Shown one piece after another: positions 40,885-51,108 of a DNA stretch of 64,000 nucleotides. The stretch comes from an uncultured Gemella sp. (lineage in GTDB: Bacteria > Bacillota > Bacilli > Staphylococcales > Gemellaceae). The stretch's first letter is position 1. Every line of letters begins with the position of its first letter. The notes under the pieces are model-generated. The model did not search any database and was not told the origin of the DNA. It was given only the letters and a program-made list of their open reading frames with translations. A program made the position numbers and the translations under genes. Where the stretch lies: assembly GCF_963525165.1 (NCBI RefSeq), contig NZ_CAURJN010000005.1, positions 1 to 64,000 of the forward strand. The letters run 5' to 3'.

Positions 40885-41991
40885 TTAAAGTTCTCCGTCG
40901 ATATTAGCTTTGTCAGCTACACCAGCTGCATCAGCTGCAACTGTTGCTTTTCCAGCTTTAAGATCTTCAACAACTGTTTTAATTTTAGCTTTGATATCAT
41001 TGCTTAAGTTAGGGTTTTCTGCTGGAAGTCCAACACCATCTTCTTTAATAGTGAAGACTTTAGCTGTTCCACCTTCAAATTTGTTAGCTTTGATAGCATC
41101 TAAGATGTTAGCAACTGCTACGTCGATACGTTTAACAGCTGAAGTTAAGATAACTGATTTTTCAACATCTTTTCCGTCTTTATCTTTGGCTTTGAATACA
41201 CCTTCAGAATATTGGTCTTTATCTACACCAACGATCCAGTGTTTAACTTCTCCGCTTTCTTTAAGATCTTTAGTAGCTCTTTCTTGAGCTTCTTTAATAG
41301 ACCCGCTACCAGTACCACCAGCTGCTACGAAGATTACGTCAGCACCAGCATCAAACATAGTTGCTGCTAAAGTTTTACCTTTGTTAGTGTCATTGAATGA
41401 ACCACTGTAGTTGTAAACAACTTTGATGTCTTTTTTAGCTGCTTTAGCACCTTGAACGAATCCAACACCAAATTTAACTACTGCAGGAATTTTAGCTCCA
41501 CCAATGTATCCAACTTTACCAGTTTTTGATTGTAAAGCTGCTGCATATCCAGCTAAGTATCCGGCTTCGTGTTCTGAGAATGTTACAGAAGCAACGTTTT
41601 TGTTTTGAACTACACCATCGATGAAAATGAATTTTTTATCTGCAAATGAATCTGCAACTTTTGGTAATTCTTTTTCAAAGTAGAAACCAGCTAATGAAAT
41701 TACGTCAGAAGCTTTTGCTGCATTTTGTAAGTTAGCTGCAATGTCACTTTGGTTTTTAGTTTCGATTGGGTTAAGTGCTTTCCCACCATTTTTCTCTGCC
41801 CAAGCTTTTACAGTTTCAACGTTACTTTGGTTAAAACTTTTATCTTTTGCTCCACCTTCGTCAGTTACAACACCGATTTTTAATCCAGAGTTGTTAGAAG
41901 ATGAATTTCCGTTAGATGATTTAGAAGAACATCCAACAATAATTAATGCTGCTGATAAAACAACTGCTATTAACGAAAATACCTTTTTCAT
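40885..41991 (-). CDS. BMP/PnrA-family nucleoside-binding lipoprotein 1
   Basis: Lipobox IVGC, DKSFNQ, AGYLAG, GVDKDQ; start at MKKVF after AAGGAG. Confidence 0.9.
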   Translation of the reverse strand: MKKVFSLIAVVLSAALIIVGCSSKSSNGNSSSNNSGLKIGVVTDEGGAKDKSFNQSNVETVKAWAEKNGGKALNPIETKNQSDIAANLQNAAKASDVISLAGFYFEKELPKVADSFADKKFIFIDGVVQNKNVASVTFSEHEAGYLAGYAAALQSKTGKVGYIGGAKIPAVVKFGVGFVQGAKAAKKDIKVVYNYSGSFNDTNKGKTLAATMFDAGADVIFVAAGGTGSGSIKEAQERATKDLKESGEVKHWIVGVDKDQYSEGVFKAKDKDGKDVEKSVILTSAVKRIDVAVANILDAIKANKFEGGTAKVFTIKEDGVGLPAENPNLSNDIKAKIKTVVEDLKAGKATVAADAAGVADKANIDGEL

Positions 41992-42094
41992 AAATAAAAA
42001 GTCTCCTTTATTTGTATATTGTTTATATCTAAATAATACCACATTATCTTTGAAACTTCAATAATTTATTTTTGAAATATTAACATTTTTTTAT

Positions 42095-42331
42095 AATGTT
42101 CGTTTTATAATTATAAAAAGCTATAAAAACAACATTCATAGCCTATATCATATCTATTCTCCTTTGTTTCCATAGAATTATTTTAGAATTATAAAGCATT
42201 TTCAAAACATTAATAACGTTTTCATATTTATACGAATTTTTACACATTATTAATTATTACACATTAATTAAATAAATTAAAATAACACTGTAAAAAAGGA
42301 TTTATTAAAGAATTAGAACTTTACGAACATT
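42095..42331. promoter_or_regulatory. PurBox-like sites and a cre-like site upstream of BMP lipoprotein 1
   Basis: TAAAACGAACATT (minus, 42095-42107), TTTACGAACATT (42320-42331), TGAAAACGTTATTA (minus, 42211-42224). Confidence 0.45.
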
Positions 42332-42441
42332 AAAATAAAGTACTCTTATTATAAATAATTAACACATATTAATAGTTGTAGATAAATAAAAAAATCTCTA
42401 TAAAACTAAAAGTTCTATAGAGATTCCAACATTAAATTTTT

Positions 42442-43557
42442 TTATAGTTCTCCTTCGATATTTGTAGCTGCTCCTTTAGCTTTAAGCTCATCTCCAGTAG
42501 CTACTACTTCAACTTTACCTGATTTTAGTTCTTCGATAGCACTAGCAACTTTTGTTTTAACTTCATCACTTAAGTTAGGATTTTCTTTTGGAATTCCTAC
42601 ACCATTTTCTTTAATACCAAAGACATGTTCACCTTTTGTAAATTTACCTTCTTTGATTTCATTTAATATTTTAGTAACTGCTACTTCAATATTTTTGACA
42701 GCAGAAGTTAAGATAGCAGATTTTTGATATTCTTTTCCGTCTTTATCTTTCCCTTTAAAAATACCTTCTTCGTATTGATCTTTATCTACTCCTACAACCC
42801 AGTGTTTAATCTCTCCACTCTTAGACATATCGATAATACCGCGTTCTTTAGCTTCTGAGATTACACCATTACCTGTATTCCCTGCAGCAACGAAAATTAC
42901 ATCCGCACCTGAGTCATACATAGTAGCTGCTAATGTTTTACCTTTGTTTGTATCTGAAAAAGTTCCGCTATAATTATACATTACTTTAATATCACTTTTA
43001 GCCGCTTTAGCACCTTGTACAAACCCAATACCAAATCGCTCTACTGGTGGAATTTTAGTTCCTCCAATATATCCAACTTTTCCTGTTTTAGATTGTAAAG
43101 CTGCAATATATCCAGCTAAATAACCAGCTTCTTGTTCCTTAAAGATTAATGAAGCAATATTAGGCGCATCAACAAAAGTATCAACATACATGAATTTTTT
43201 ATCTTTATATTGTTCCGCTACTTTTGGAATTTCTTTTTCAAATTCATAACCAGCTAAAGAAATAATATCAGATACTTTTGCTGCATTTTGTAAATTAGAA
43301 GTTAAATCCGATTGAGTTTTCGTTTCTAAAACAACTGGCTCTTTTGCACCATTAGCTTTCGTCCACGCTTGAATTGCCTCTACGTTAGCTTGGTTAAAAC
43401 TCTTATCTTTTGCTCCACCTTCGCCAGTTACGACACCAATTTTATATCCGCTCTTTCCGTCAGATTTAGTGTCATTCTTAGCATTCTTTGAAGAACAACC
43501 AACAACAATTAATGATAATGCAACTAGAATTGCAAAAATAGTACGTAATTTTTTCAT
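42442..43557 (-). CDS. BMP/PnrA-family nucleoside-binding lipoprotein 2
   Basis: Lipobox VVGC; paralog of the neighbouring gene. Confidence 0.9.
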   Translation of the reverse strand: MKKLRTIFAILVALSLIVVGCSSKNAKNDTKSDGKSGYKIGVVTGEGGAKDKSFNQANVEAIQAWTKANGAKEPVVLETKTQSDLTSNLQNAAKVSDIISLAGYEFEKEIPKVAEQYKDKKFMYVDTFVDAPNIASLIFKEQEAGYLAGYIAALQSKTGKVGYIGGTKIPPVERFGIGFVQGAKAAKSDIKVMYNYSGTFSDTNKGKTLAATMYDSGADVIFVAAGNTGNGVISEAKERGIIDMSKSGEIKHWVVGVDKDQYEEGIFKGKDKDGKEYQKSAILTSAVKNIEVAVTKILNEIKEGKFTKGEHVFGIKENGVGIPKENPNLSDEVKTKVASAIEELKSGKVEVVATGDELKAKGAATNIEGEL

Positions 43558-43859
43558 AATACCCTCCTTAAAAATTTATGTACTAAGTACATAATACAAT
43601 ATCTTTAAAACGCTTGCAAATGTTTTTTGAACTTTTTTTAAATTTTTTAAACACAACTAAATTTTTGATTAAATAAATCATAGTCTTATAGCACTTATTG
43701 ATGTTCATTTTTATATTTCAATCGCATCATTAAAAATTACATAAACTCATTTATATTAATAATATAAACGTTGATAATTATTAATATAAAATTATATATT
43801 TTCTGAATTTTTTATGCTATAATAACTTTGATAAAGCATTTTCAGGAGGAATTTATATT

Positions 43860-44684
43860 ATGACATATTATGAAAATATTGTAGAGACGGCAAACTACAT
43901 CAAAAAATATTTTGGAGAACAAATTGACTACGCAGTAGTATTAGGAAGTGGGATCACTTTAGAATTAGAAGATCAACAAGAACTTGGCTACGAAGCTATT
44001 CCACTTTTTCCAGGAAACAAACACGCTAACCGTGTTAAAGGACATGCAAATAAACTAACTTTCGGAAAAATTTCTGGGAAAAATGTATTAGTATTAAACG
44101 GACGTCTTCACTATTACGAAGGATACAGCATGAAAGATGTCGCCTTTATGACATACGTTGTTAAATATCTTGGAGTAAAAGGATTATTCATCACAAATGC
44201 TTGTGGTGCTATCAACACAGACTTCAGCGAAGGAGATATTGTTTGTCTTGACGACTTCATCTCACTTGTTAGCAATAATCCATTAATGGGAGAAAACGAA
44301 CCACGTCTTGGAGAAAGATTCGTTGATATGACTACGCCATTCGATCCATTCTTAGTAGAAAATTTACACAATTCTGCAAAAAAATTAGATATTACATTAT
44401 ACACTGGTGTTTACGGATTCTTCCAAGGTCCTTACTTCGAAACACGTGCAGAAATTCGTGCATTTAAAACTATGGGATGTGACCTTGTAGGTATGTCTAC
44501 AGTACCAGAAGTAATCGCTGCAAACCACGCATCACTTCCAGTTGCAGTATTAGCTTGTGCAACTAATATGGCTACAGGAATTCAAGAGAAAAAACACGAC
44601 CACGAACACGTACTACAAACTGCACAAAAAATTAGCGAAAACCTGAAAAAACTTTTAATTGAAACACTACAAAATTTAAAATAA
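43860..44684 (+). CDS. punA: Purine nucleoside phosphorylase (trimeric type)
   Basis: VLGSG, GRLHYYEGY, TNACGA, GPYFETRAE, VGMSTVPE. Confidence 0.9.
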   Translation: MTYYENIVETANYIKKYFGEQIDYAVVLGSGITLELEDQQELGYEAIPLFPGNKHANRVKGHANKLTFGKISGKNVLVLNGRLHYYEGYSMKDVAFMTYVVKYLGVKGLFITNACGAINTDFSEGDIVCLDDFISLVSNNPLMGENEPRLGERFVDMTTPFDPFLVENLHNSAKKLDITLYTGVYGFFQGPYFETRAEIRAFKTMGCDLVGMSTVPEVIAANHASLPVAVLACATNMATGIQEKKHDHEHVLQTAQKISENLKKLLIETLQNLK

Positions 44685-44698
44685 TAAGGAGTCAAATT

Positions 44699-45124
44699 AT
44701 GGAAAAAACTATTTTCGAAAAAATTATTGATGGAGAAATCCCAAGTTATAAAGTATATGAAGATGAGCATGTATACAGCTTTCTAGATGTGTTCCCTATT
44801 ACAAAAGGACACACTTTAGTAATTCCGAAAAAACACAGCAGAAATATTCTTGACTGTGATCCTGAAACAGCTGCTAACATTGGACGTGTTCTTCCGAAAA
44901 TTGCTAATGCTGTAAAAGAAGCATATGGTTGTGACGGAGTAAATATCTTCCAAAATAACGAAGAATATGCTGGACAAAGTGTCTTCCACCTTCACTTCCA
45001 CATCGTACCAAGATATAAAGATAAAGATGTAAACTTCGACAATTTAGAAGTTAAATGGCCACCTCAAAAAGTTGAGCCTGCTGAATTCGAAGAAATTAGA
45101 AAAGCAATCGCTGATAGACTATAG
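44699..45124 (+). CDS. hit: HIT family protein
   Basis: GHTLVIPK, GQSVFHLHFHIVPR. Confidence 0.92.
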   Translation: MEKTIFEKIIDGEIPSYKVYEDEHVYSFLDVFPITKGHTLVIPKKHSRNILDCDPETAANIGRVLPKIANAVKEAYGCDGVNIFQNNEEYAGQSVFHLHFHIVPRYKDKDVNFDNLEVKWPPQKVEPAEFEEIRKAIADRL

Positions 45125-45135
45125 AAATAAAAAAC

Positions 45136-45310
45136 GGTGCTGACCCAAAAGTCCTAAATTTTAACAAGGTTTATATGAAAATTCATAGACGCAGTGGTTT
45201 ATTGATATCTAAATTCGCTTTTTAAACGCTTTTTAGATATCTAGTAAACTACTGCAGGAAGTGACTCTAGAAAATCGATTTCTTAGAAATCGAAATTTTT
45301 GAGTCACTCT
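45136..45310 (-). repeat. MITE-like dispersed repeat, copy 4 (inverted)
   Basis: Reverse complement of the copy 1-3 architecture. Confidence 0.85.
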
Positions 45311-45433
45311 TTTTTATGTTGTATTCTGTTTTTTGAAATTGAGTAATTTCTAATATAGAATTATTTTACATAAAGAAAACCGAGGCTAAAGAGATATTTC
45401 TCCATGCCTCGATTCCATCATATATCATCTATA

Positions 45434-46117
45434 CTACTTATTTCCTTCTTTTGAAGCGAATAAAGAAACGATAGAATCTAGAGTTGTTTTTGGTTTTTCC
45501 TCAACTTCCTCTTCTAATTCTTCATGTACTTCTTCTGCTTTTTCAATAACTGGAGCTACAGCCTCATGAATTTCTTCAAAAGTCGGCTCCACTTTTTCTT
45601 CGTATTGCTCTACTGCCGCTTCTTTTACATTCTCCACAACTTCTTCCGTTTTCTCAAAAACAGGTTCTGTAGCTGGTACTACAGTCTCTTCTGCATTCTC
45701 AACTACTGGTACAACAACTTCTTCTACTTTTTCTACAACTGGAGCAGCTACTTCTTCTACTGCAGGTTGTACAGCTTCTCTCACATCTTCTACTGTTTCA
45801 GTTACTTCTGCTACTACTTCTTCTTTAACCTCTTCAGCCTTAGCTCCTAATTCTACGAAGTTTTCTTCTACTTCTACAACTTCTTCAGATGTTGTTAATT
45901 CTTCTAATTTTTCTTTAGCAAGATCTTTTTCTTCCTGCGCTTGTGCTTCTAGTTCCTGAATTTTATCATTAACAATTTCTGTTAATCTATCAATACCATT
46001 TCTAGCATTTTCTTTTAATAACTCTTTGTGTTTTTCTAACTCTTTAGGATTTTTATAATAATAAGCTCCTATTGCACTTACCGCTCCTAATAAAGCACCT
46101 TTAAATATTTTACCCAT
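45434..46117 (-). CDS. YtxH-like protein with Glu/Val-rich tail
   Basis: MGKIFKGALLGAVSAIGAYY amphipathic N-terminus, acidic low-complexity body. Confidence 0.6.
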   Translation of the reverse strand: MGKIFKGALLGAVSAIGAYYYKNPKELEKHKELLKENARNGIDRLTEIVNDKIQELEAQAQEEKDLAKEKLEELTTSEEVVEVEENFVELGAKAEEVKEEVVAEVTETVEDVREAVQPAVEEVAAPVVEKVEEVVVPVVENAEETVVPATEPVFEKTEEVVENVKEAAVEQYEEKVEPTFEEIHEAVAPVIEKAEEVHEELEEEVEEKPKTTLDSIVSLFASKEGNK

Positions 46118-46282
46118 GTGTAAACTCCTCCTAATTTCTTATCAGTATTGATTTTATCAAAAAAATTGAATAATGTAAAGGATTTAAAGGTTTTTAATTA
46201 AGTTTTTTTGCTGATAATAATAAAAAATAATAGAAGCAACATCTAGATATATAATTCAGTATCACTTCTATTAAGATTATTT

Positions 46283-48466
46283 TTATTTTAAATGTTTTAC
46301 CCTTGCTACAATTTCTTTATGACGACCTTTAATCATAGGACGAGCTTGAGGATTTCCTAAGTATCCACATGTTCTCTTAACAACATCGCAACTTTTCGGA
46401 TCTCTATTCCCACATTCTGGGCATTTAAATCCTTTTTTAGTAGGTTCAAATTCACCCTCATATCCGCATTTATAGCATCTATCTATCGGCGTATTGGTTC
46501 CCAAATATCCAACCTTATCGTAAGCATAATCCCATACCGCTTCTAGTGCTTTTGGATTTTGTTTTAACACTGGATACTCGCAATAATGTATGAATCCACC
46601 ACTTGCATAATATGGATAATCTTTTTCAAAATCTAATTTTTCAAATGGAGTCGGGTTCTTTCTTACATCATAATGATATGAGTTTGTATAATATTCTTTG
46701 TCTGTAATATTTTCTACAATACCAAACTTCTCAGTATCCATTCGACAGAATCTATCAGTTAGAGACTCACTAGGTGTTGAATAAATACTATACCAATAGT
46801 CTCCCTCTTCTGTCCATTTATCTACACACTCTTTCATATAACGCATGATATCAAGAGTAAATTCTTTTGCTTCGGAATTTTCCTCCCATTTCCCGCCATA
46901 AAAGACACTTGCCACTTCATATAAACCTATATATCCCAATGATAATGTAGAACGTTTATTGTCAAATAATTGTTTTACCCTATCCTCAGGTTTAAGTCGT
47001 TTACCGAAAGCTCCGTGCATGTAAAGAATAGGTGCATTTTGAGGTTTTGCCTCACCACAGCGTTTTGCTCTGTAATCAAGTGCATCTTTACAAATTTCTA
47101 ATCTCTCTTTAAAAATTTCCCAGAACTCGTTCTTATTACCTTTTGATTCTAAAGCTATTCTAGGAAGATTTAACGTTACTACCCCAAGATTCATACGCCC
47201 ACTTTCCACAAGTTCTCCTTGTTCATTTCTCCACGCAGGTAAGAATGATCTACATCCCATAGGAGTTTTACAACTACCAGTAATCTTCGTAATAGTATCA
47301 TACATAAGTACATCTGGATACATTCTTTGAGTTGCGCATGACAACGCAAGTTGTTTTACATCATAGTTAGGATCTGTTGGTTTTAAATTTAAGCCATCTT
47401 TAATAACAAAAATTAACTTAGGGAAAATAGCCGTTCTTTTCTCTTTTCCTAATCCTTCTATTCTTACCTTAAGTATCGCTTTTTGAATTTCTTTTTCAAA
47501 ATAGCCCTCACCTAACCCAAAACCTAATGATGTAAATGGTGTTTGTCCTTGTGAAGAGTATAGAGTATTAATTTCATATTCTAAAGATTGCATTGCATCA
47601 AAAATATCTTTTTTAGTCTTTTGTTTAGCAAATTCCTTTTGTTTTTCCTCATCATCAATCCACTCTTGAGCCATTTTTAAATTCTTTTCATAGTTCAATT
47701 CTGCAAACGGTGCAAGTACTTCGTCTATTCTATCAGCACTACATCCCCCATATTGACTTGAGGCAACATTAGCAATAATCTGAGCCATTTGAGCTGTAGC
47801 TGTTTGAATACTTTTTGGACTATCTACATCAGCATTACCGATTTTAAATCCTTTTGTCAACATTTCTTTGAAATCAATTAAGCAACAATTAGTTAAAGGC
47901 TGATAAGGAGAATAATCTAAGTCATGATAGTGAATATCTCCTTTTTGATGAGCATTAGCCACATGCTTTGGTAGCATTTTAAGTCCAATTGCCTTAGCAA
48001 CAATTCCACTAGTTAAATCACGGTGTGTATTAAACACTAAACTATCCTTGTTCGCATTTTCATTCACCACATTCTCATCACGATTAACTAATTTTTCAAT
48101 CGCTACATTTATATCTAAACTACGCTCACGTTCAATATCACGCATACTTCTATATCCAACGTACTCTTCATAAATAGCTTCTTCACCTAAAGTAAGTAGT
48201 GTGTGCTCAACAATATTTTGAAGCTCATAAATTTTAATATTACCTTTAAATCTATTAGCAATCTCCAAAATAACATTATCCACAATACCATTAATATTAA
48301 CACTATGGTTTTTACCAAATACTGAATGTACCGCTTTTTCTATCGCCTTATAGATTTTTTCAGCATCAAACCTAACTATACGTCCATCCCTTTTTATAAC
48401 TAGTAAATTTTTAGTTAAATTATCTACTTTTGCCTTTGTATAAGAATATAAATTATTATTTTGCAT
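46283..48466 (-). CDS. nrdD: Anaerobic (class III) ribonucleotide reductase
   Basis: ATP cone VIKRDG, ENANKD, HYHDLD, TNCC, PMGCRS, RTCGYL glycyl-radical site; start may be 48484. Confidence 0.96.
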   Translation of the reverse strand: MQNNNLYSYTKAKVDNLTKNLLVIKRDGRIVRFDAEKIYKAIEKAVHSVFGKNHSVNINGIVDNVILEIANRFKGNIKIYELQNIVEHTLLTLGEEAIYEEYVGYRSMRDIERERSLDINVAIEKLVNRDENVVNENANKDSLVFNTHRDLTSGIVAKAIGLKMLPKHVANAHQKGDIHYHDLDYSPYQPLTNCCLIDFKEMLTKGFKIGNADVDSPKSIQTATAQMAQIIANVASSQYGGCSADRIDEVLAPFAELNYEKNLKMAQEWIDDEEKQKEFAKQKTKKDIFDAMQSLEYEINTLYSSQGQTPFTSLGFGLGEGYFEKEIQKAILKVRIEGLGKEKRTAIFPKLIFVIKDGLNLKPTDPNYDVKQLALSCATQRMYPDVLMYDTITKITGSCKTPMGCRSFLPAWRNEQGELVESGRMNLGVVTLNLPRIALESKGNKNEFWEIFKERLEICKDALDYRAKRCGEAKPQNAPILYMHGAFGKRLKPEDRVKQLFDNKRSTLSLGYIGLYEVASVFYGGKWEENSEAKEFTLDIMRYMKECVDKWTEEGDYWYSIYSTPSESLTDRFCRMDTEKFGIVENITDKEYYTNSYHYDVRKNPTPFEKLDFEKDYPYYASGGFIHYCEYPVLKQNPKALEAVWDYAYDKVGYLGTNTPIDRCYKCGYEGEFEPTKKGFKCPECGNRDPKSCDVVKRTCGYLGNPQARPMIKGRHKEIVARVKHLK

Positions 48467-48868
48467 GTTATCCCTCATTTCCATATAAATTTTTTCTTAA
48501 ATAAAAATATTACAATACTATCTTATCTCAAAAATTTCTTCCTGTCTACAACATTTATTTCCGGGAAATCTAGAAAGCTTATTAGCTAGCCTTTTTCTCT
48601 AATTGTGAATTTTTTTAGCTATTCTGTTTTCTATAAATATATCTCAAAAAGCTATTATATCAACTCTAGTCAAGGTTAACGTATACTACTGTACTATTTT
48701 CTAATAAAGACTATTTATAATACAGCTTCCCACTTCCCTTATTTAACACTAATTGAAAATGACATTCAAAAAGTTCACTAATACATAAAAAATTTATTTT
48801 TTTATTACTTAAACTGTATTTTAATATAGCAATTTATGATAAAATTATAATAAATAATAAAGCGAGAA

Positions 48869-49567
48869 ATGTATATGAAAAAAACACAAATTGAAAAACT
48901 AACCGATCAATTATTTTCTATGGAAAATGATAGTTCACTATTAATAAATGAATTAGAGCCCTATGTAGAATTATTTATGCACTACGAATGTGCTATGCTA
49001 GAAATTGAAACAAAATTAAATGTTTTTGATAAGGAATTTTCTTTGCACGGAGAAAGCAACCCAATCGAATCTGTAAATACTAGATTGAAGACACCCATGA
49101 GTTTAATGAACAAACTTAAACGTTTAGACTTACCTTTTGACATAAATACAATAAAAGAAAATATCTATGATGTTGCCGGCGTACGTGTTATATGTTCATT
49201 TAAAAATGATGTTTATAAACTTGTAGATGCCTTAAAACAACAAGATGACCTAACGGTTATAGCTGAAAAAGACTATATTAAAAATCATAAAGATAATGGA
49301 TATAGAAGTTATCACCTTATCGTAAAAGTTCCCATTTTCCTATCAGATAAAGTAGAACACATTGCGGTGGAAGTCCAGTTCAGAACAATCGCCATGGATT
49401 TTTGGGCAAGCTTAGAACATAAACTTAGATACAAGAAAAATTTAAGTGAAGAGAAAGAAAAAGAAATAGCGCGTCGTCTTCAGCTCTGTGCTGAAATAAG
49501 CGCCAAACTTGATAATCAAATGCAAAAGGTTAAAGAAATAATAGAAGATAACTCACAATTTCTATAA
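48869..49567 (+). CDS. Small (p)ppGpp synthetase (RelP/RelQ type)
   Basis: RLKTPMS, DVAGVRVI, KDYI, NGYRSYH, VEVQFRTIAMDFWASLEH. Confidence 0.92.
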   Translation: MYMKKTQIEKLTDQLFSMENDSSLLINELEPYVELFMHYECAMLEIETKLNVFDKEFSLHGESNPIESVNTRLKTPMSLMNKLKRLDLPFDINTIKENIYDVAGVRVICSFKNDVYKLVDALKQQDDLTVIAEKDYIKNHKDNGYRSYHLIVKVPIFLSDKVEHIAVEVQFRTIAMDFWASLEHKLRYKKNLSEEKEKEIARRLQLCAEISAKLDNQMQKVKEIIEDNSQFL

Positions 49568-49846
49568 AGTAAATCCTCTAAGTATTAGTATCATACTAAC
49601 ATTAGAGGATTTATCATTTAAACTTATTTCTCTTCACTATTTTTCACAGAGTAAACAAAGTATATTACTAAAACAACTAAAATCCAGCATCCAAAAATTA
49701 TCCGTGTTGATAATTGAATTCCATATAATAACATGAAGATAATTTAAGCAAATTTTTCTTTTATTATATTTTTTCAAATAATTAATATAACGATTTTACT
49801 TTAATACATTCACAAAATTTTGTAATCTCATATTACTAACTACATA

Positions 49847-49894
49847 AAAAAACCTTTATATTGGAAATAGTTTTATCCAATATAAAGGTTTTTT
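49847..49894 (-). terminator. Terminator after the grd operon
   Basis: AAAAAACCTTTATATTGGA / TCCAATATAAAGGTTTTTT. Confidence 0.7.
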
Positions 49895-49955
49895 ATTAAT
49901 TGTTTAAACCTTACGGCTTTTCCTTCTCTAAGAAACCAATCTGCCTATCTTTAGA

Positions 49956-51098
49956 TTATGAAATAAGCCCTTCATTTTTAAGAATTTCTTCTGCTGAATC
50001 TTTCTTATCAGGATTTACTAAAACTATCGGTCCAGTACATCCCATTCCACTCTCAGCATATATTCCATTTTTCCAAAGTAGTTTAGTTGCATCTTCAAGA
50101 TCTAGAATATCTATACCTGAAATTTGTGCAGTAACTACTTCTTTATCTGGCATTTTTACCTCTTCAGTAGTTGCTGAGCCTTCTTTTTTAACTTTCAATT
50201 TAGAAATGAATTCATCAAGTTTAGCTTTATTAGCTTTTTCAAATTCTTGTCTTGCTATTTCGTTTACTTTACCTTTGGCTACTTCATAAGCATATTTCAA
50301 TGCATTGGCAACAACAGGTGAACCAGATGCTCTTGATAAGATTAAAATTCTTCTATCGTAATCTTCTCCTACACCAGGTCCATATCCAAATCCACTAGCT
50401 TCATAATCTCCACCAGTAGTGAACGCTGAGAATACTTTCATGAATAAGTTACCAGTTAATGAATCAACAACCATAACATCAGGAGTTCCCATAAGTAAAT
50501 CATTACCTCTCATTACAGAACCACCATCCGCTCTTTGAGATGTTGCAAATTCAAATTCATAACCATTCTCTTTAAGGTCTAATAAAATTTTTTCAACTTG
50601 TCTAGCACCTTCAACATTCGCTATACCAACAGTAGGATTAGATTTTCCAAGTGATTTAGCAGTTGCAATACCGTAAAGTGTATTTCTTACCATTGCTTCA
50701 ACTCTGTTAGTAGCTGAAGTCCCTGTTGTTGTTGCAAGAAGCATTTCATTACCTCTTCCAGGTGTAACAACTCTACCAACTGTTGATACACCAATAGGGA
50801 AATTATAATGCATAGTTACACAAGAAGCTATTTCCCCTTTATCTAATAGGTCTTCCATAATTTTGTGAGCTTCGTCTTCATCTTTAGCTTCATAAGATTC
50901 GAAATCTTCATGTCCCTTACCTATTAAAACTATGTCGAATACAGGATTTTTAGCTAATATTGCACCTTGTAGTAAATTCTCGAAACCATGTTCACTTCCT
51001 AAAGTTGTTAAACCAACTTTTAATTTCTTACCAAAGTTACCTGTTTCAATGGCATTAGCTACTTCTAGCAATACTTCTGATATAACTTGTTTACTCAT
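49956..51098 (-). CDS. grdD: Glycine reductase component C subunit alpha
   Basis: GSEHG, VTMHYNFPIGVSTVG, ESGMGCTGP. Confidence 0.93.
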   Translation of the reverse strand: MSKQVISEVLLEVANAIETGNFGKKLKVGLTTLGSEHGFENLLQGAILAKNPVFDIVLIGKGHEDFESYEAKDEDEAHKIMEDLLDKGEIASCVTMHYNFPIGVSTVGRVVTPGRGNEMLLATTTGTSATNRVEAMVRNTLYGIATAKSLGKSNPTVGIANVEGARQVEKILLDLKENGYEFEFATSQRADGGSVMRGNDLLMGTPDVMVVDSLTGNLFMKVFSAFTTGGDYEASGFGYGPGVGEDYDRRILILSRASGSPVVANALKYAYEVAKGKVNEIARQEFEKANKAKLDEFISKLKVKKEGSATTEEVKMPDKEVVTAQISGIDILDLEDATKLLWKNGIYAESGMGCTGPIVLVNPDKKDSAEEILKNEGLIS

Positions 51099-51108
51099 AG
51101 TATCACCC

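Noticed and set aside
48485..48860. NrdR or Rex boxes upstream of nrdD (e.g. TTGTGAATTTTTTTAGC near 48603)
   Set aside because: Only half-site matches in very AT-rich DNA.
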